Below are positions 18,730 to 27,474 of a DNA stretch of 64,000 nucleotides, one piece after another. The notes under the pieces are model-generated. The model was not told where the DNA came from, ran no database searches, and saw only the letters and a program-made list of their open reading frames with translations. Source of the DNA: a virus (taxonomy: Duplodnaviria; Caudoviricetes); the IMG/VR virus record IMGVR_UViG_3300038379_000423, positions 3,429-67,428 of that record. One strand, written 5' to 3'. Both the position numbers and the translations under genes were made by a program. Numbering within the stretch: position 1 is the first letter of the stretch; every line of letters begins with the position of its first letter.

Positions 18730-19310
18730 CTCGCTTTACTCCCACCTCTCAGCCAATCGTTACAGGCACGCCTAGGTTCCACGGCCTTTTCAGAACCTAG
18801 GATCCTCGAGTAGAACTGCGAGTTCGTCTCGCGCGCCCCCTTCTTGGTGCGCCGCCGCGGGGATCTCAAAAGCTCTCTTCCGTCATCAGTAGCGAGAAGC
18901 TTCAACACAGCAAAGACTTCAGCCGGAGGTTTAAACACGGCCCAGCCCAGACTACCCACTATGCACTCCTCAGCCGGCTGATCCGGGAAAGAAACTTCTT
19001 CCCCATCGGTATCTATGTACGGTAAGGCCTCCGTGCTATTTGCTGTCCGTAAGCCCGCTAACACATTTTTGAAGCAAGTCTTATAGTACGCCATCAGCGC
19101 GGCCTGGCTCGCCTCAGATCCGAGTCTTTTCTTCACAGACAGGAAAACCACGAAGGCTTCCCCCAGTAGGTCCTCCTCCCCAAGGTATCTTGGAAGGGCC
19201 CATCTTGCCGATCGTATCTGCTGGATTGTCCATCCCAAAAACCCTTTGTCGAAGCCTGCTTTTTGAAAGGCTTCAGCCGGTAGTGTATTCCTCCTCCGCG
19301 ACTCCGACAT
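18726..19310 (-). CDS. Sigma70 region 2-like transcription factor
   Basis: EEDLLGEAFVVFL...Y....F.N..L pattern resembles sigma region 2; no clear region 4. Confidence 0.45.
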   Translation of the reverse strand: MSESRRRNTLPAEAFQKAGFDKGFLGWTIQQIRSARWALPRYLGEEDLLGEAFVVFLSVKKRLGSEASQAALMAYYKTCFKNVLAGLRTANSTEALPYIDTDGEEVSFPDQPAEECIVGSLGWAVFKPPAEVFAVLKLLATDDGRELLRSPRRRTKKGARETNSQFYSRILGSEKAVEPRRACNDWLRGGSKAR

Positions 19311-19320
19311 GTAGACCTCA

Positions 19321-20319
19321 CTAGTTGATGGAAAGTAATCTGCTAAGAACTCTTCGGGAACAACCCCCCGGATCCTCTCCTGATTCTGGCATTCTAATTA
19401 CTTTCACCGGAAAAGTCAACTGTGATACTAGAGCTACCCCGGAAAAATAAGCCTCGGGGTCGGGGAGTATCACAACACTTTTGTAGTAGTCACTCAAACC
19501 ACGCAACAGTAGCTGCTGCCTAGCCGAAATCGAAGTGCCGAACGTGCAAACTGACCGCACTCCATGACTTCTGGCAAACAGATAGTTTATCTTGAGGGCG
19601 TCGAACGGGCCCTCTGTAATCACTAACAACCTAGCCCCCTTTTTGGCCGCCAGCGAATACGGCCATACGCAGTCCTTTATTGTCAGGGCCGAGCGCTCTT
19701 TGCTAAGACTCAGGTACCGCGGAGTCGCTTTTTGGTAGATAGATCTGCCAGTCCAGGACGCAAGGGATGCTTCCGGCCCATCGACAGGAAAGATTATTCG
19801 GTTTGCCCATTCACCTGATACACAATAGTGCAGCTTAAACACGCGCGCTAACCGACTAAGGTCCTTGTAACCCCGGGTGGTTAAGTAATTAAAGAACCGG
19901 GTAGGCATAGCTGCGAAATCAACCGGGCGAAAATTTTTTGGCAAGCTTAGGGGCGGGTGGGCTAACGACGCACGCGCGCTCTTCTCCTGCGGGCCCCTGC
20001 GCAGCGATTCCAGGACCTTCTGAAACTTATCCGGATCAGACGGGCCGACATCAGCGCGCGATCCGAGAAGCCGGCGGGCTTCGGCATACGTAACACCCAG
20101 CAGAGCCATCACGAGCTTATACGGGCTTCGGCCGCGGTGGTTACTGTTCCTCCAGCATCCCCAACCGGACCAATTCATAACAATGCCCATGTGGTACGAC
20201 GGATCAGCCCTTCCACAGAATGGGCACCGCACATTCACGTTTCCGGCAGCGACATTGGCGCCCGACGTAATAAACTCTATCCCGTGCTTAGTGAGAAACT
20301 CATCAAGCCTCGGAAACAC
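19321..20319 (-). CDS. DNA primase (zinc finger plus TOPRIM)
   Basis: CPFC...CWR zinc finger, RIIFPV, GRSI, ITEGPFDALK, ILPD, EDPG. Confidence 0.9.
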   Translation of the reverse strand: MFPRLDEFLTKHGIEFITSGANVAAGNVNVRCPFCGRADPSYHMGIVMNWSGWGCWRNSNHRGRSPYKLVMALLGVTYAEARRLLGSRADVGPSDPDKFQKVLESLRRGPQEKSARASLAHPPLSLPKNFRPVDFAAMPTRFFNYLTTRGYKDLSRLARVFKLHYCVSGEWANRIIFPVDGPEASLASWTGRSIYQKATPRYLSLSKERSALTIKDCVWPYSLAAKKGARLLVITEGPFDALKINYLFARSHGVRSVCTFGTSISARQQLLLRGLSDYYKSVVILPDPEAYFSGVALVSQLTFPVKVIRMPESGEDPGGCSRRVLSRLLSIN

Positions 20320-20330
20320 GGGGACCTCTC

Positions 20331-20741
20331 TTATTCCCGACTATGAAAGTCGTGCAAGAAAAGATCGTCTTCGCACCGGGCAGCCGCATCCCGAATCTGT
20401 TGGCGGTAGTTAACGGGTGGGCTTCGGTACCGACCGATTAATCGCATCAACGCTTGAGCGACGGCATCAACCCCCTTAATCGGGTCTTCATGACCAGAGA
20501 GCAGATACCCAGAGAAGACATAGTACTCAAGCCCGTCTCGCGATATCATACGATACGCGCCGTAAACAATTATCTGTCCATCCGGGCTGGTGCCCTTCCG
20601 CACTCTTATCAGCACAGTCCAGCTAGGCTCACCAGCGGCGTCATAAAAACGGTCGGTCCCGGCTGCGATCACCGGGTACTCATCCGGCTTAATAACCTTT
20701 GCCCGACCCCCAGTCATCCGTATCGAAATTTTCTCGGTCAC
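20331..20741 (-). CDS. Hypothetical protein
   Basis: 136 aa, GGGGG RBS, fits the operon. Confidence 0.55.
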   Translation of the reverse strand: MTEKISIRMTGGRAKVIKPDEYPVIAAGTDRFYDAAGEPSWTVLIRVRKGTSPDGQIIVYGAYRMISRDGLEYYVFSGYLLSGHEDPIKGVDAVAQALMRLIGRYRSPPVNYRQQIRDAAARCEDDLFLHDFHSRE

Positions 20742-20791
20742 GGTGACCCCCGCCTCGAAGAATCATTTTCGGAAGATCGCGGAAGAAGCGT

Positions 20792-20819
20792 GGAGGATGT
20801 GTTTACGAGCACATCCTCC
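20792..20819 (-). terminator. Stem-loop downstream of the charged-repeat gene
   Basis: GGAGGATGTG/CACATCCTCC 10-bp perfect stem with 8-nt loop; weak U tail. Confidence 0.5.
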
Positions 20820-20857
20820 TTGCACCTATCGCTTGGGAGCGTAAGCGTACGAGTGCC

Positions 20858-21532
20858 TTAACTCGCCGCCGCCGCCTTCTTCGCCTCTTTCTTGGCGGCC
20901 GCTGCCGCGCGTGTCTTCCGGGCGAACGAATAGAAGCTCGTCTTGGCAGTTACAGCCCCGAGGCCGAGCGAAGTTACTTGATCGATGTAGCTCTGCTTCG
21001 CCGCCTTCAGGTCGTCTCCCTTGAGAGAGACCTTGAACACCGAATCGAAGATCTGATGGGCTCGCTCCTTACGGCTGCCCTTGCGGTGCCCCTTGTAGCC
21101 ATCGCCCTTGGCGAACGGCGTCCCGGGCGCAGGAGTCTTCTTCTTCTGGGGGGCCTCTTCCGACTCATCGTCAGCGGCCTTCTTCGCACGCTTCTTCCGA
21201 GGAGCCTTCTCGGACTCGTCATCATCAGCGGCCTTCTTCGCGCGCTTCTTCCGGGGAGTGGCCTCCTCCGCCGGGGCCTCTTCGGCCACTACCTTTGCGC
21301 GCCGCTTGCGCGGGGCTTCCTCTTCGGCCGGCTCTTCAGCCTTCTTGGAACGCCGCTTGCGGGTAGTAGCCTCTTCCGCAGGCGTCTCTTCCGCACTCGC
21401 CTTCGCACGTCGCTTGCGCGGGGCCTCTTCCGGCTCGCTGTCATCAGCGGCCTTCTTCGCCCGCGTGGACAATCGCTTCAGACTATCCGGGATCTCGAGG
21501 TCCAGGTCGTCCATTTCCACATCATCGCTCAC
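20858..21532 (-). CDS. Histone H1-like charged-repeat DNA-binding protein; possible in-frame extension to 21877
   Basis: AAGGAG 7 nt before GTG at 21532; EEAPRK(R/K)RAK repeats; GC-rich codons; C-terminal helical domain. Confidence 0.7.
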   Translation of the reverse strand: MSDDVEMDDLDLEIPDSLKRLSTRAKKAADDSEPEEAPRKRRAKASAEETPAEEATTRKRRSKKAEEPAEEEAPRKRRAKVVAEEAPAEEATPRKKRAKKAADDDESEKAPRKKRAKKAADDESEEAPQKKKTPAPGTPFAKGDGYKGHRKGSRKERAHQIFDSVFKVSLKGDDLKAAKQSYIDQVTSLGLGAVTAKTSFYSFARKTRAAAAAKKEAKKAAAAS

Positions 21533-21910
21533 AGTACTTCTCCTTCGGTTCAGACATTGATAACGCAGTGCCTCTACAACAACCTTCTTGTATCTTGCCG
21601 GCAGGTTACTAGCCGGCCCATTCGGGCAGAGTATCCTCTGCCTGAGAGCTTCCCACCGATCGCGGGGCGAATAACTTCTAAACCGCACCGCGGTAGGTAA
21701 ATCTATTGTGGTCTCAAGAAAATTGGCGAGCGTGAACGCTGGTACGACCAAACCCTTTTCTCTCCGACCGTCGGGGCCGTACCAGTACCCCTTCTTCTCA
21801 AATTCGGGGAGAACCAGAAAGGCTCTCCAACCGCAACCCACGGAACTGTCCGTGCTATACCACGTTGATATGAACATCTTTTATTTAGCTCCTCTCTCTC
21901 CACACCAGAG

Positions 21911-21939
21911 AGATTAATGTATCGGCGAAGAAACTTCAA
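21911..21939 (-). promoter_or_regulatory. sigma70-like promoter
   Basis: TTGAAG-N17-TAATCT; flanked by palindrome AAATTTCA-N8-TGAAATTT (21943-21966). Confidence 0.5.
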
Positions 21940-21967
21940 GATAAATTTCACTAGGCTCTGAAATTTT

Positions 21968-23572
21968 TTACTCCGTCGGACTATCGAGTGAAAACAACGA
22001 ACTAAACGTCGCGCGGCCGCCCAGAATTTCCGCCCGCAAGTCCCGGCCCGCCTTAAGGTAGGTCAAGATCTTACCCTCGATGGTACCCTTTACTACCAGG
22101 TCGTAATAGAATACTTTTCGGCTCTTTTGACCAAATCGCCGTATTCTACAGATAGCTTGGTCCCGCACTATTGGCGACACTGGACTCTCGTAAAATACCA
22201 TATACGGAGCGATCTGCAGATTCGCCCCTAAGGCCGCGGCGCCGGCCGTAGCTACAAACACTCTAGTTTTTCCACGTTTAAAAGATTCTACACCGCCACC
22301 ATAAGTAGTACTGCCGAAGATACCGGAGACCGACACCTTCTGTTCGTGGAGCTCTTTAATGATTTGCTTAGCACTCCACACGAAGGCAACGAACACTACT
22401 ATCGGACTATCGCCCGTAAACTGCACAATATTACACAACTCCTCGAGTTTCGGATTTGCCGGGAGCCGCAATATCGTACTTTCTTCCATTCCGGGTGCAC
22501 CGTGCTTGAGCGTCATAAACCCGGAGGCGATTTGTCGCATCTTGATAAAGTTGTTACGCAACTCCCTGTGCTGTCGAGCCTTAATTGCCTCGGAGATCAC
22601 GCTCTTGTAGTACACAAGGGACTCCGGGGGTAAGTCAAGATGGCGAACTATCTCCACGGACTCAGGTAGATCACTGCACTCTTCGGCAGAATATCGGATG
22701 GCCCTATTATACAATCTTCCGGTTAACAGCGGCTTTCTATCCTTCCGAAGAGTGTACTCTCTCCTCCAGGGGGACCAACGACTAGCTTTTTCTTCGTAAA
22801 AGGCTTGCCGGAAGACTGCAAGAAACCTTCCTAGTGTCTCCCCGCGATCTACCAAATAGTACTGGGACCAGAGATCATGCAAGTCCCGGCCATGAGGCGT
22901 ACCTGTCATCAATAGCACAAACGACTGTTTAGCAGTCACGGCCTTACAAACCTTAAAGAATAACGAATCATAATTCTTTACGGTTGTACTTTCATCCAGA
23001 ATCACCAATTGAAACAACTTCGACAACTTCCGGCAAGCTGCGGGGTCGACAATCCATCGATTCTTTAACACGTGTCGAGTTTTCTCTTTAGCCGGGACCG
23101 ACTTAGTCGTAAGATGGAGTAATCCTTGGTAGGTGGTTATCACTAACAAATCGGTAGGGCTTTCTGCCAGCAGAGCTTTGGCTTCAGCTATGTTGCCCCG
23201 CACTACGTACAGCTTGGAGGGACCGCGGTAGTGCTTCTCCACCTCTTCCTTCCAGCCATCCAGATTAATCCTGTTTGGCACCAGGACTAAACAGTTTTTA
23301 ACCTCGCCGCAGTGCTGAAGATATCGAAGCACCATCAAGGAAATGTACGTTTTCCCGGTGCCCATATCGAGCCACAACGACAATCGCTTTAATCGAATTG
23401 CCAAAAGAAAACATAGTTTTTGGTGCAGCCGTGGTTTCTGGTCCCAGTCCGCAAACAGCCCCTTGTACTCTTTAAATCGGCACTCGATCGCCTTCCTGGG
23501 AAGGCTCTTGAACCGATTCAAATTGCGGAAAGAACTAGCTAGAAAGTCTCTGATGACTACCGGATGTATCAT
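21968..23572 (-). CDS. SNF2-family (SF2) helicase
   Basis: DMGTGKT, ILDES..VKN, MTGTP, G.NLQ.A, QA..RIRRFGQ. Confidence 0.92.
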   Translation of the reverse strand: MIHPVVIRDFLASSFRNLNRFKSLPRKAIECRFKEYKGLFADWDQKPRLHQKLCFLLAIRLKRLSLWLDMGTGKTYISLMVLRYLQHCGEVKNCLVLVPNRINLDGWKEEVEKHYRGPSKLYVVRGNIAEAKALLAESPTDLLVITTYQGLLHLTTKSVPAKEKTRHVLKNRWIVDPAACRKLSKLFQLVILDESTTVKNYDSLFFKVCKAVTAKQSFVLLMTGTPHGRDLHDLWSQYYLVDRGETLGRFLAVFRQAFYEEKASRWSPWRREYTLRKDRKPLLTGRLYNRAIRYSAEECSDLPESVEIVRHLDLPPESLVYYKSVISEAIKARQHRELRNNFIKMRQIASGFMTLKHGAPGMEESTILRLPANPKLEELCNIVQFTGDSPIVVFVAFVWSAKQIIKELHEQKVSVSGIFGSTTYGGGVESFKRGKTRVFVATAGAAALGANLQIAPYMVFYESPVSPIVRDQAICRIRRFGQKSRKVFYYDLVVKGTIEGKILTYLKAGRDLRAEILGGRATFSSLFSLDSPTE

Positions 23573-24997
23573 TCAAACCCCGCCGAATGACTTCAGGATC
23601 TCCTTATAACTGTTCGGATTTGGTAGAAGCACAGAATCTATTGCGAACTGGCCAAGCTCATAACTCTGAGTTAGTAGTACAGTGAATCTGTCGCGGTCCA
23701 CCCGGGAATTGGCCACGTAAAGCCTTGCTAGGTTCAGCCTCTGCTCCACATCCGTAGCCGTAAGAGTTAACACAATATCGGCGGTACCAATCTTGCCGAA
23801 GGCTTCCGCAACGTGCGACGAATCAACAAAGGCAGCGGAACTTCCAGATCTATTTACCTGTGAAGCTGTTATAAGGTGTATGTTTTTTTCTACGGCGACG
23901 CCCCTCAACTCCTTATAGATGGCATCCACTCCAAGTCGGTAAGAGGAGAGATCTGCCTCCACCTTCAACAGATCCGCGTAGTCAATAATAATCACGTCGG
24001 GCACAAACTTCTCACGGATCTCCAGGAGCTCTAGGTGCCTAGTTAAGGACGCTACGGTGAGTTGTCCCGTTGGGAACTGCTTAATAATAAGTCTCCCTCC
24101 GAATCTTCCGCCAAAGGCGCCTTCGGCCAACTCCCTCTTCAAAAACTTTTTAAGTTTGTATTCTTCTGATAGGGACTGTTGCGGCTTGTAGTCGCTCCTC
24201 TTAATTGATACGAGCCTTCGGTTCCGGGAGTCTTTACAGAAGGTGAAGAGAGTCGTGGGGTCCGACCTTTTAGCAATGGCAAACAGGGACCTGATATATC
24301 GAGTCAGAATTATGTCTTCCGATAATTCGAGAGTTACGTGCCAGACGTTTAGTCTATGCATCAGGGCCCTTTTACCGAAATGAATTAGACCCCAGGATTT
24401 GCCTCTCTTTGGAGGAGCCAAAAGTAGCAGGATCTCGCCACGACCGGGTACCGCTCCAAAACGATCCAGTGCTTCTATTCCGACCGTGAATTGCTTTTGG
24501 TGGTCTTTCTCAAAGAGGACCTTTACCGCGTCAGTGAGCCGAAGGCCTGGCTCGAAGTAGGTTGTGCGGGTTTTAAGTACTTTCGCGAGTACTTCCTCCG
24601 CCTTCGGCGCCAGATCAATGTCGCCTCGGGAAAGGATTTCGGCGGCTTCCAGCACGCCTACTCGTAGAAGTTGATACGTCTTGAAAGCCCGAAGCTTCGA
24701 TAGAACGAACCCGGTATCCAGATTGGCACTAATCTGCTTAAGCGAAAACAGGAACGTAAGCAGATTCTTGGCTATATTCGAATCTCCTTCAATTACATCC
24801 GCGAAAAGGTCCTGGAGGTGATCTTTCGGGGGTCGGTTTTGGCTTTTCCAATAGTCGAGGATTACCCCTGCCGTGTCTCTGTAGGACTCATCAAAGTCCT
24901 TCCTCGTTAGTACGAGGGAGGCTTCCCGGCCATCTTGGTCATCGAAAGACAGAAGTGCTAGCAAGCTCTCTTGCAGAGCTTTTGAAAGAGTGATCAT
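23573..24997 (-). CDS. dnaB: DnaB-like replicative helicase
   Basis: LAPPKRGKS Walker A, VTLELS, IIIDYADLL Walker B, TASQVNRSG. Confidence 0.9.
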   Translation of the reverse strand: MITLSKALQESLLALLSFDDQDGREASLVLTRKDFDESYRDTAGVILDYWKSQNRPPKDHLQDLFADVIEGDSNIAKNLLTFLFSLKQISANLDTGFVLSKLRAFKTYQLLRVGVLEAAEILSRGDIDLAPKAEEVLAKVLKTRTTYFEPGLRLTDAVKVLFEKDHQKQFTVGIEALDRFGAVPGRGEILLLLAPPKRGKSWGLIHFGKRALMHRLNVWHVTLELSEDIILTRYIRSLFAIAKRSDPTTLFTFCKDSRNRRLVSIKRSDYKPQQSLSEEYKLKKFLKRELAEGAFGGRFGGRLIIKQFPTGQLTVASLTRHLELLEIREKFVPDVIIIDYADLLKVEADLSSYRLGVDAIYKELRGVAVEKNIHLITASQVNRSGSSAAFVDSSHVAEAFGKIGTADIVLTLTATDVEQRLNLARLYVANSRVDRDRFTVLLTQSYELGQFAIDSVLLPNPNSYKEILKSFGGV

Positions 24998-25000
24998 TTT

Positions 25001-25759
25001 CTAGCGCAGATCTAACGTCTTATGCAGTTGGTTAGAAATGGAGTAGCCAAACTTCAGGGATGAGCTTATAGCCGCCGCTCTATTGAGGCGATTAAGTCTG
25101 GGGTCGTACTCATCGCAGGGCTGTACATAGATCCTCGACCTCGGAAATTTCTTCGGGGGCCTAGCTAATTCTGCGAGGGCAGGAGGCCACGAACCATCTT
25201 CAGGGCCAGTACTCGGAGGTTTCTGAGTAGAACCGATCGGCAACCCGTCCTCCTCGCTAACTTTGCCGTGTTGAATAATGTACTTGTAGTAGTTAATGGA
25301 GTTTGAGTCTATCGAAAGTCTTGGCGTCTTCGGGCTACAGATGATTCGCACGCGACCCGGAGGCTGTTGCCAGACCTGGTGCAGCATCCTCGATCCCGAT
25401 GTCTCAATTTCCACATCTCCGAGAAATTTTTCTAGGTACTCCGCTGCAAAGTACGGCACGGGCTGTTGCAGGAGAGGTTCCCCGCCAGTAAGTACCAGTA
25501 ATCTTGGGGTTCCGGCAGCCAATTCCCGGATTTTTGTGAAGACCCTGTCGAACGTAAGTCGTTCGGACTTCTTCTCATCGAAGTCCGTGTCACAGAACGC
25601 ACATCTCAGGTTACATCCGCCCAGACGCACAAATACGGCCGATACTCCAGTGGAAGGCCCCTCCCCCTGCACAGTAAGAAAGATTTCTCTTACAAGTAAA
25701 GTTCCAGGTTTAGAAACATCCTTCTCATGCGATACGAGGTTCCGGCCCCACATCTTCAC
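25001..25759 (-). CDS. queE: QueE radical SAM 7-carboxy-7-deazaguanine synthase
   Basis: EIF.TVQGEG..G..AVFVRLGGCNLRCAFCDT, TGGEP, IETSG, CSPK, Q.HK. Confidence 0.93.
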   Translation of the reverse strand: MKMWGRNLVSHEKDVSKPGTLLVREIFLTVQGEGPSTGVSAVFVRLGGCNLRCAFCDTDFDEKKSERLTFDRVFTKIRELAAGTPRLLVLTGGEPLLQQPVPYFAAEYLEKFLGDVEIETSGSRMLHQVWQQPPGRVRIICSPKTPRLSIDSNSINYYKYIIQHGKVSEEDGLPIGSTQKPPSTGPEDGSWPPALAELARPPKKFPRSRIYVQPCDEYDPRLNRLNRAAAISSSLKFGYSISNQLHKTLDLR

Positions 25760-26280
25760 TACTCCTGTCTAGTCTCGTTAAGTATCGCCGAAGCCAACAA
25801 CTGGGGCCCTATTTCCCCGCACACGTACGCCGGGAACTTCTCTACTAAGACACTATTTGATGAGCTAAGGGCTGCAAGCGTAGTTCTGAAATTAATTCCC
25901 ATTTTAGAAACGCCGGAATTAATTCTATCTTGAATACACGTAATTACCATCTGAATAAGAAACGCAGCCACCAACGGGTAGCGCACCTTAGTTTCTTCCG
26001 AGATCTTAGTTACGGCATCAGTAAACTCTACGAGGTACTTCCGATAAAGCCTTTTGTTGCACACTAGATTCGTGGCAACTTTCTCACTTGTGTGAATTCC
26101 GCAGCCGCGAAGAGAAATTAACAACAGGGACAAACAGCGCGCCTGCTGATCTGTCAAAGGCTTCCGCCGAAAGCCCATAGTATCCAGAAGGGCGTAAAGA
26201 GCCTCCGCGTCCTGGGAGGTCTTAACTACTCTGGCAAGCAAACTTGCTACTTCCGTGAACTCTTCAGGCTTCATAATCAC
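25759..26280 (-). CDS. Hypothetical helical protein
   Basis: 173 aa, coupled to queE. Confidence 0.6.
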   Translation of the reverse strand: MIMKPEEFTEVASLLARVVKTSQDAEALYALLDTMGFRRKPLTDQQARCLSLLLISLRGCGIHTSEKVATNLVCNKRLYRKYLVEFTDAVTKISEETKVRYPLVAAFLIQMVITCIQDRINSGVSKMGINFRTTLAALSSSNSVLVEKFPAYVCGEIGPQLLASAILNETRQE

Positions 26281-26313
26281 TACATAGCCACTTATCCTCA
26301 GTATGGAGGCTCG

Positions 26314-26574
26314 CTACCGCCGCCGCCAACCTTTGGAGTGCAGGCAAGCATAGAACAACGATGGGCTCGCAGTCCCAACGGGCTGCATGTCAGACAACTC
26401 CCGGAAGTACTGATTACAGTGCTCCCAGTCCTGTGCCAGGTTGCCGGTCCCGACAAGCCCACCGTTCACTGGAGCCGCAGCGACCAGCCGCGATTCGTCC
26501 ATAGTTTTGGACGAGCACCCCGCGATGAGCAGAGTGCCAGCCAGCGCACTGATTACCAAATTAGCCTTTACCAT
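26314..26574 (-). CDS. Small lipoprotein
   Basis: Signal peptide with lipobox LIAG-C; two further Cys. Confidence 0.7.
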   Translation of the reverse strand: MVKANLVISALAGTLLIAGCSSKTMDESRLVAAAPVNGGLVGTGNLAQDWEHCNQYFRELSDMQPVGTASPSLFYACLHSKGWRRR

Positions 26575-26788
26575 CCTTTTTCTCCCGTCGTCTAGTCATG
26601 GCGAGGGCGACCAAGCCAACCCTCTCCGCGGCGGACTGCAGATCGCCATCCGTAGCACAGTCCACCCAGTTTGCTACGTCGTAGTGGTAGAGATCCGGAC
26701 GATCGGCCAGATCCGCTGCCGTCAAGCGACCTTCGTCGCTCAAAGCAACGAACTCTGCCTTGATAGCCTTAAGAATGACGTCTATCAT
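26561..26788 (-). CDS. Hypothetical protein, first gene after the leftward promoter
   Basis: AAGGAGG RBS; 75 aa. Confidence 0.65.
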   Translation of the reverse strand: MIDVILKAIKAEFVALSDEGRLTAADLADRPDLYHYDVANWVDCATDGDLQSAAERVGLVALAMTRRREKKDGKG

Positions 26789-26824
26789 GTCTCTACCCTC
26801 CTTGGTATCCCAACCTCTCCATAG

Positions 26825-26853
26825 ATTGTATACGAGTCTTCACATCCTGCCAA
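26825..26853 (-). promoter_or_regulatory. Leftward sigma70 promoter of the replication operon
   Basis: TTGGCA-N17-TACAAT with A-rich upstream element. Confidence 0.75.
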
Positions 26854-26890
26854 CAACTTTGTTATTTTTCGGCCGGACCTGGAGCCATCT

Positions 26891-27033
26891 TCATCTTCCA
26901 ACTGGCGGCCTACCTGCCACCAACTTCCAACTTTCATCTTCCAACTGGCGGCCTACCTGCCACCAACTTCCAACTTTCATCTTCCAACTGGCGGCCTACC
27001 TGCCACCAACTTCCAACTTTCATCTTCCAACTG
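26891..27033. repeat. Three perfect 43-bp tandem repeats plus a 14-bp partial copy (iteron-like)
   Basis: Unit TCATCTTCCAACTGGCGGCCTACCTGCCACCAACTTCCAACTT at 26891, 26934, 26977; partial at 27020. Confidence 0.97.
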
Positions 27034-27036
27034 TAC

Positions 27037-27280
27037 AGTGAAGCCGGGTTTGGGGAGAGCTCGACATAGCCCCTAGTTGTCACAAGGACAAACAATAGGA
27101 GTTGTCGAACCTTCCCCAAACCTTACCAAGGCAAAGTGAAGCCGTTGGCTGGGGGCCAGAGTTCAGGAGGAATAAGCCTGCTCTGACTAGTCAGCTACTT
27201 CTCAGTGGCCTTTATTCCTACCACTGCCAACCACCCCTTCTGACCAAGCTCTGGGGTTACGACTTTGGTTGGGCCCCGCG
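27037..27280. other. Hairpin-rich non-coding segment (candidate ncRNA or origin structure)
   Basis: AGTGAAGCCG at 27037 and 27135; nested stems 27047-27122; GGAATAA/TTATTCC; palindrome CTGACTAGTCAG. Confidence 0.5.
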
Positions 27281-27416
27281 CTAATCGTACAGTAGCCACC
27301 CGACCGCGCCGTGCAATCGTCTCGTCGGGCTATATATCTAACACCAGTACCGTAAATATATAACCCTGACATCGGGCAGCTATGTATGAGCGCCTCTAGG
27401 TGCCTAGCTTTTGTCG

Positions 27417-27445
27417 TTGACTGCAACGAACAAAATTGCTAGTAT
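27417..27445 (+). promoter_or_regulatory. Rightward sigma70 promoter inside a long imperfect inverted repeat (27400-27451)
   Basis: TTGACT-N17-TAGTAT with TG extension. Confidence 0.7.
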
Positions 27446-27474
27446 CGGCACTTGGTAGCTAAAAGGAAACTGGT

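Noticed and set aside
20978-21700. 240-aa plus-strand ORF
   Set aside because: Antisense shadow of the GC-rich charged-repeat gene; no RBS or motif.
1710-24997. Inteins, introns or homing endonucleases in TerL, RecA, PolA or helicases
   Set aside because: Protein lengths are ordinary, motifs are contiguous, and no splice-junction or HNH/LAGLIDADG motifs were seen.
26891-27033. CRISPR array
   Set aside because: Units abut with no unique spacers.
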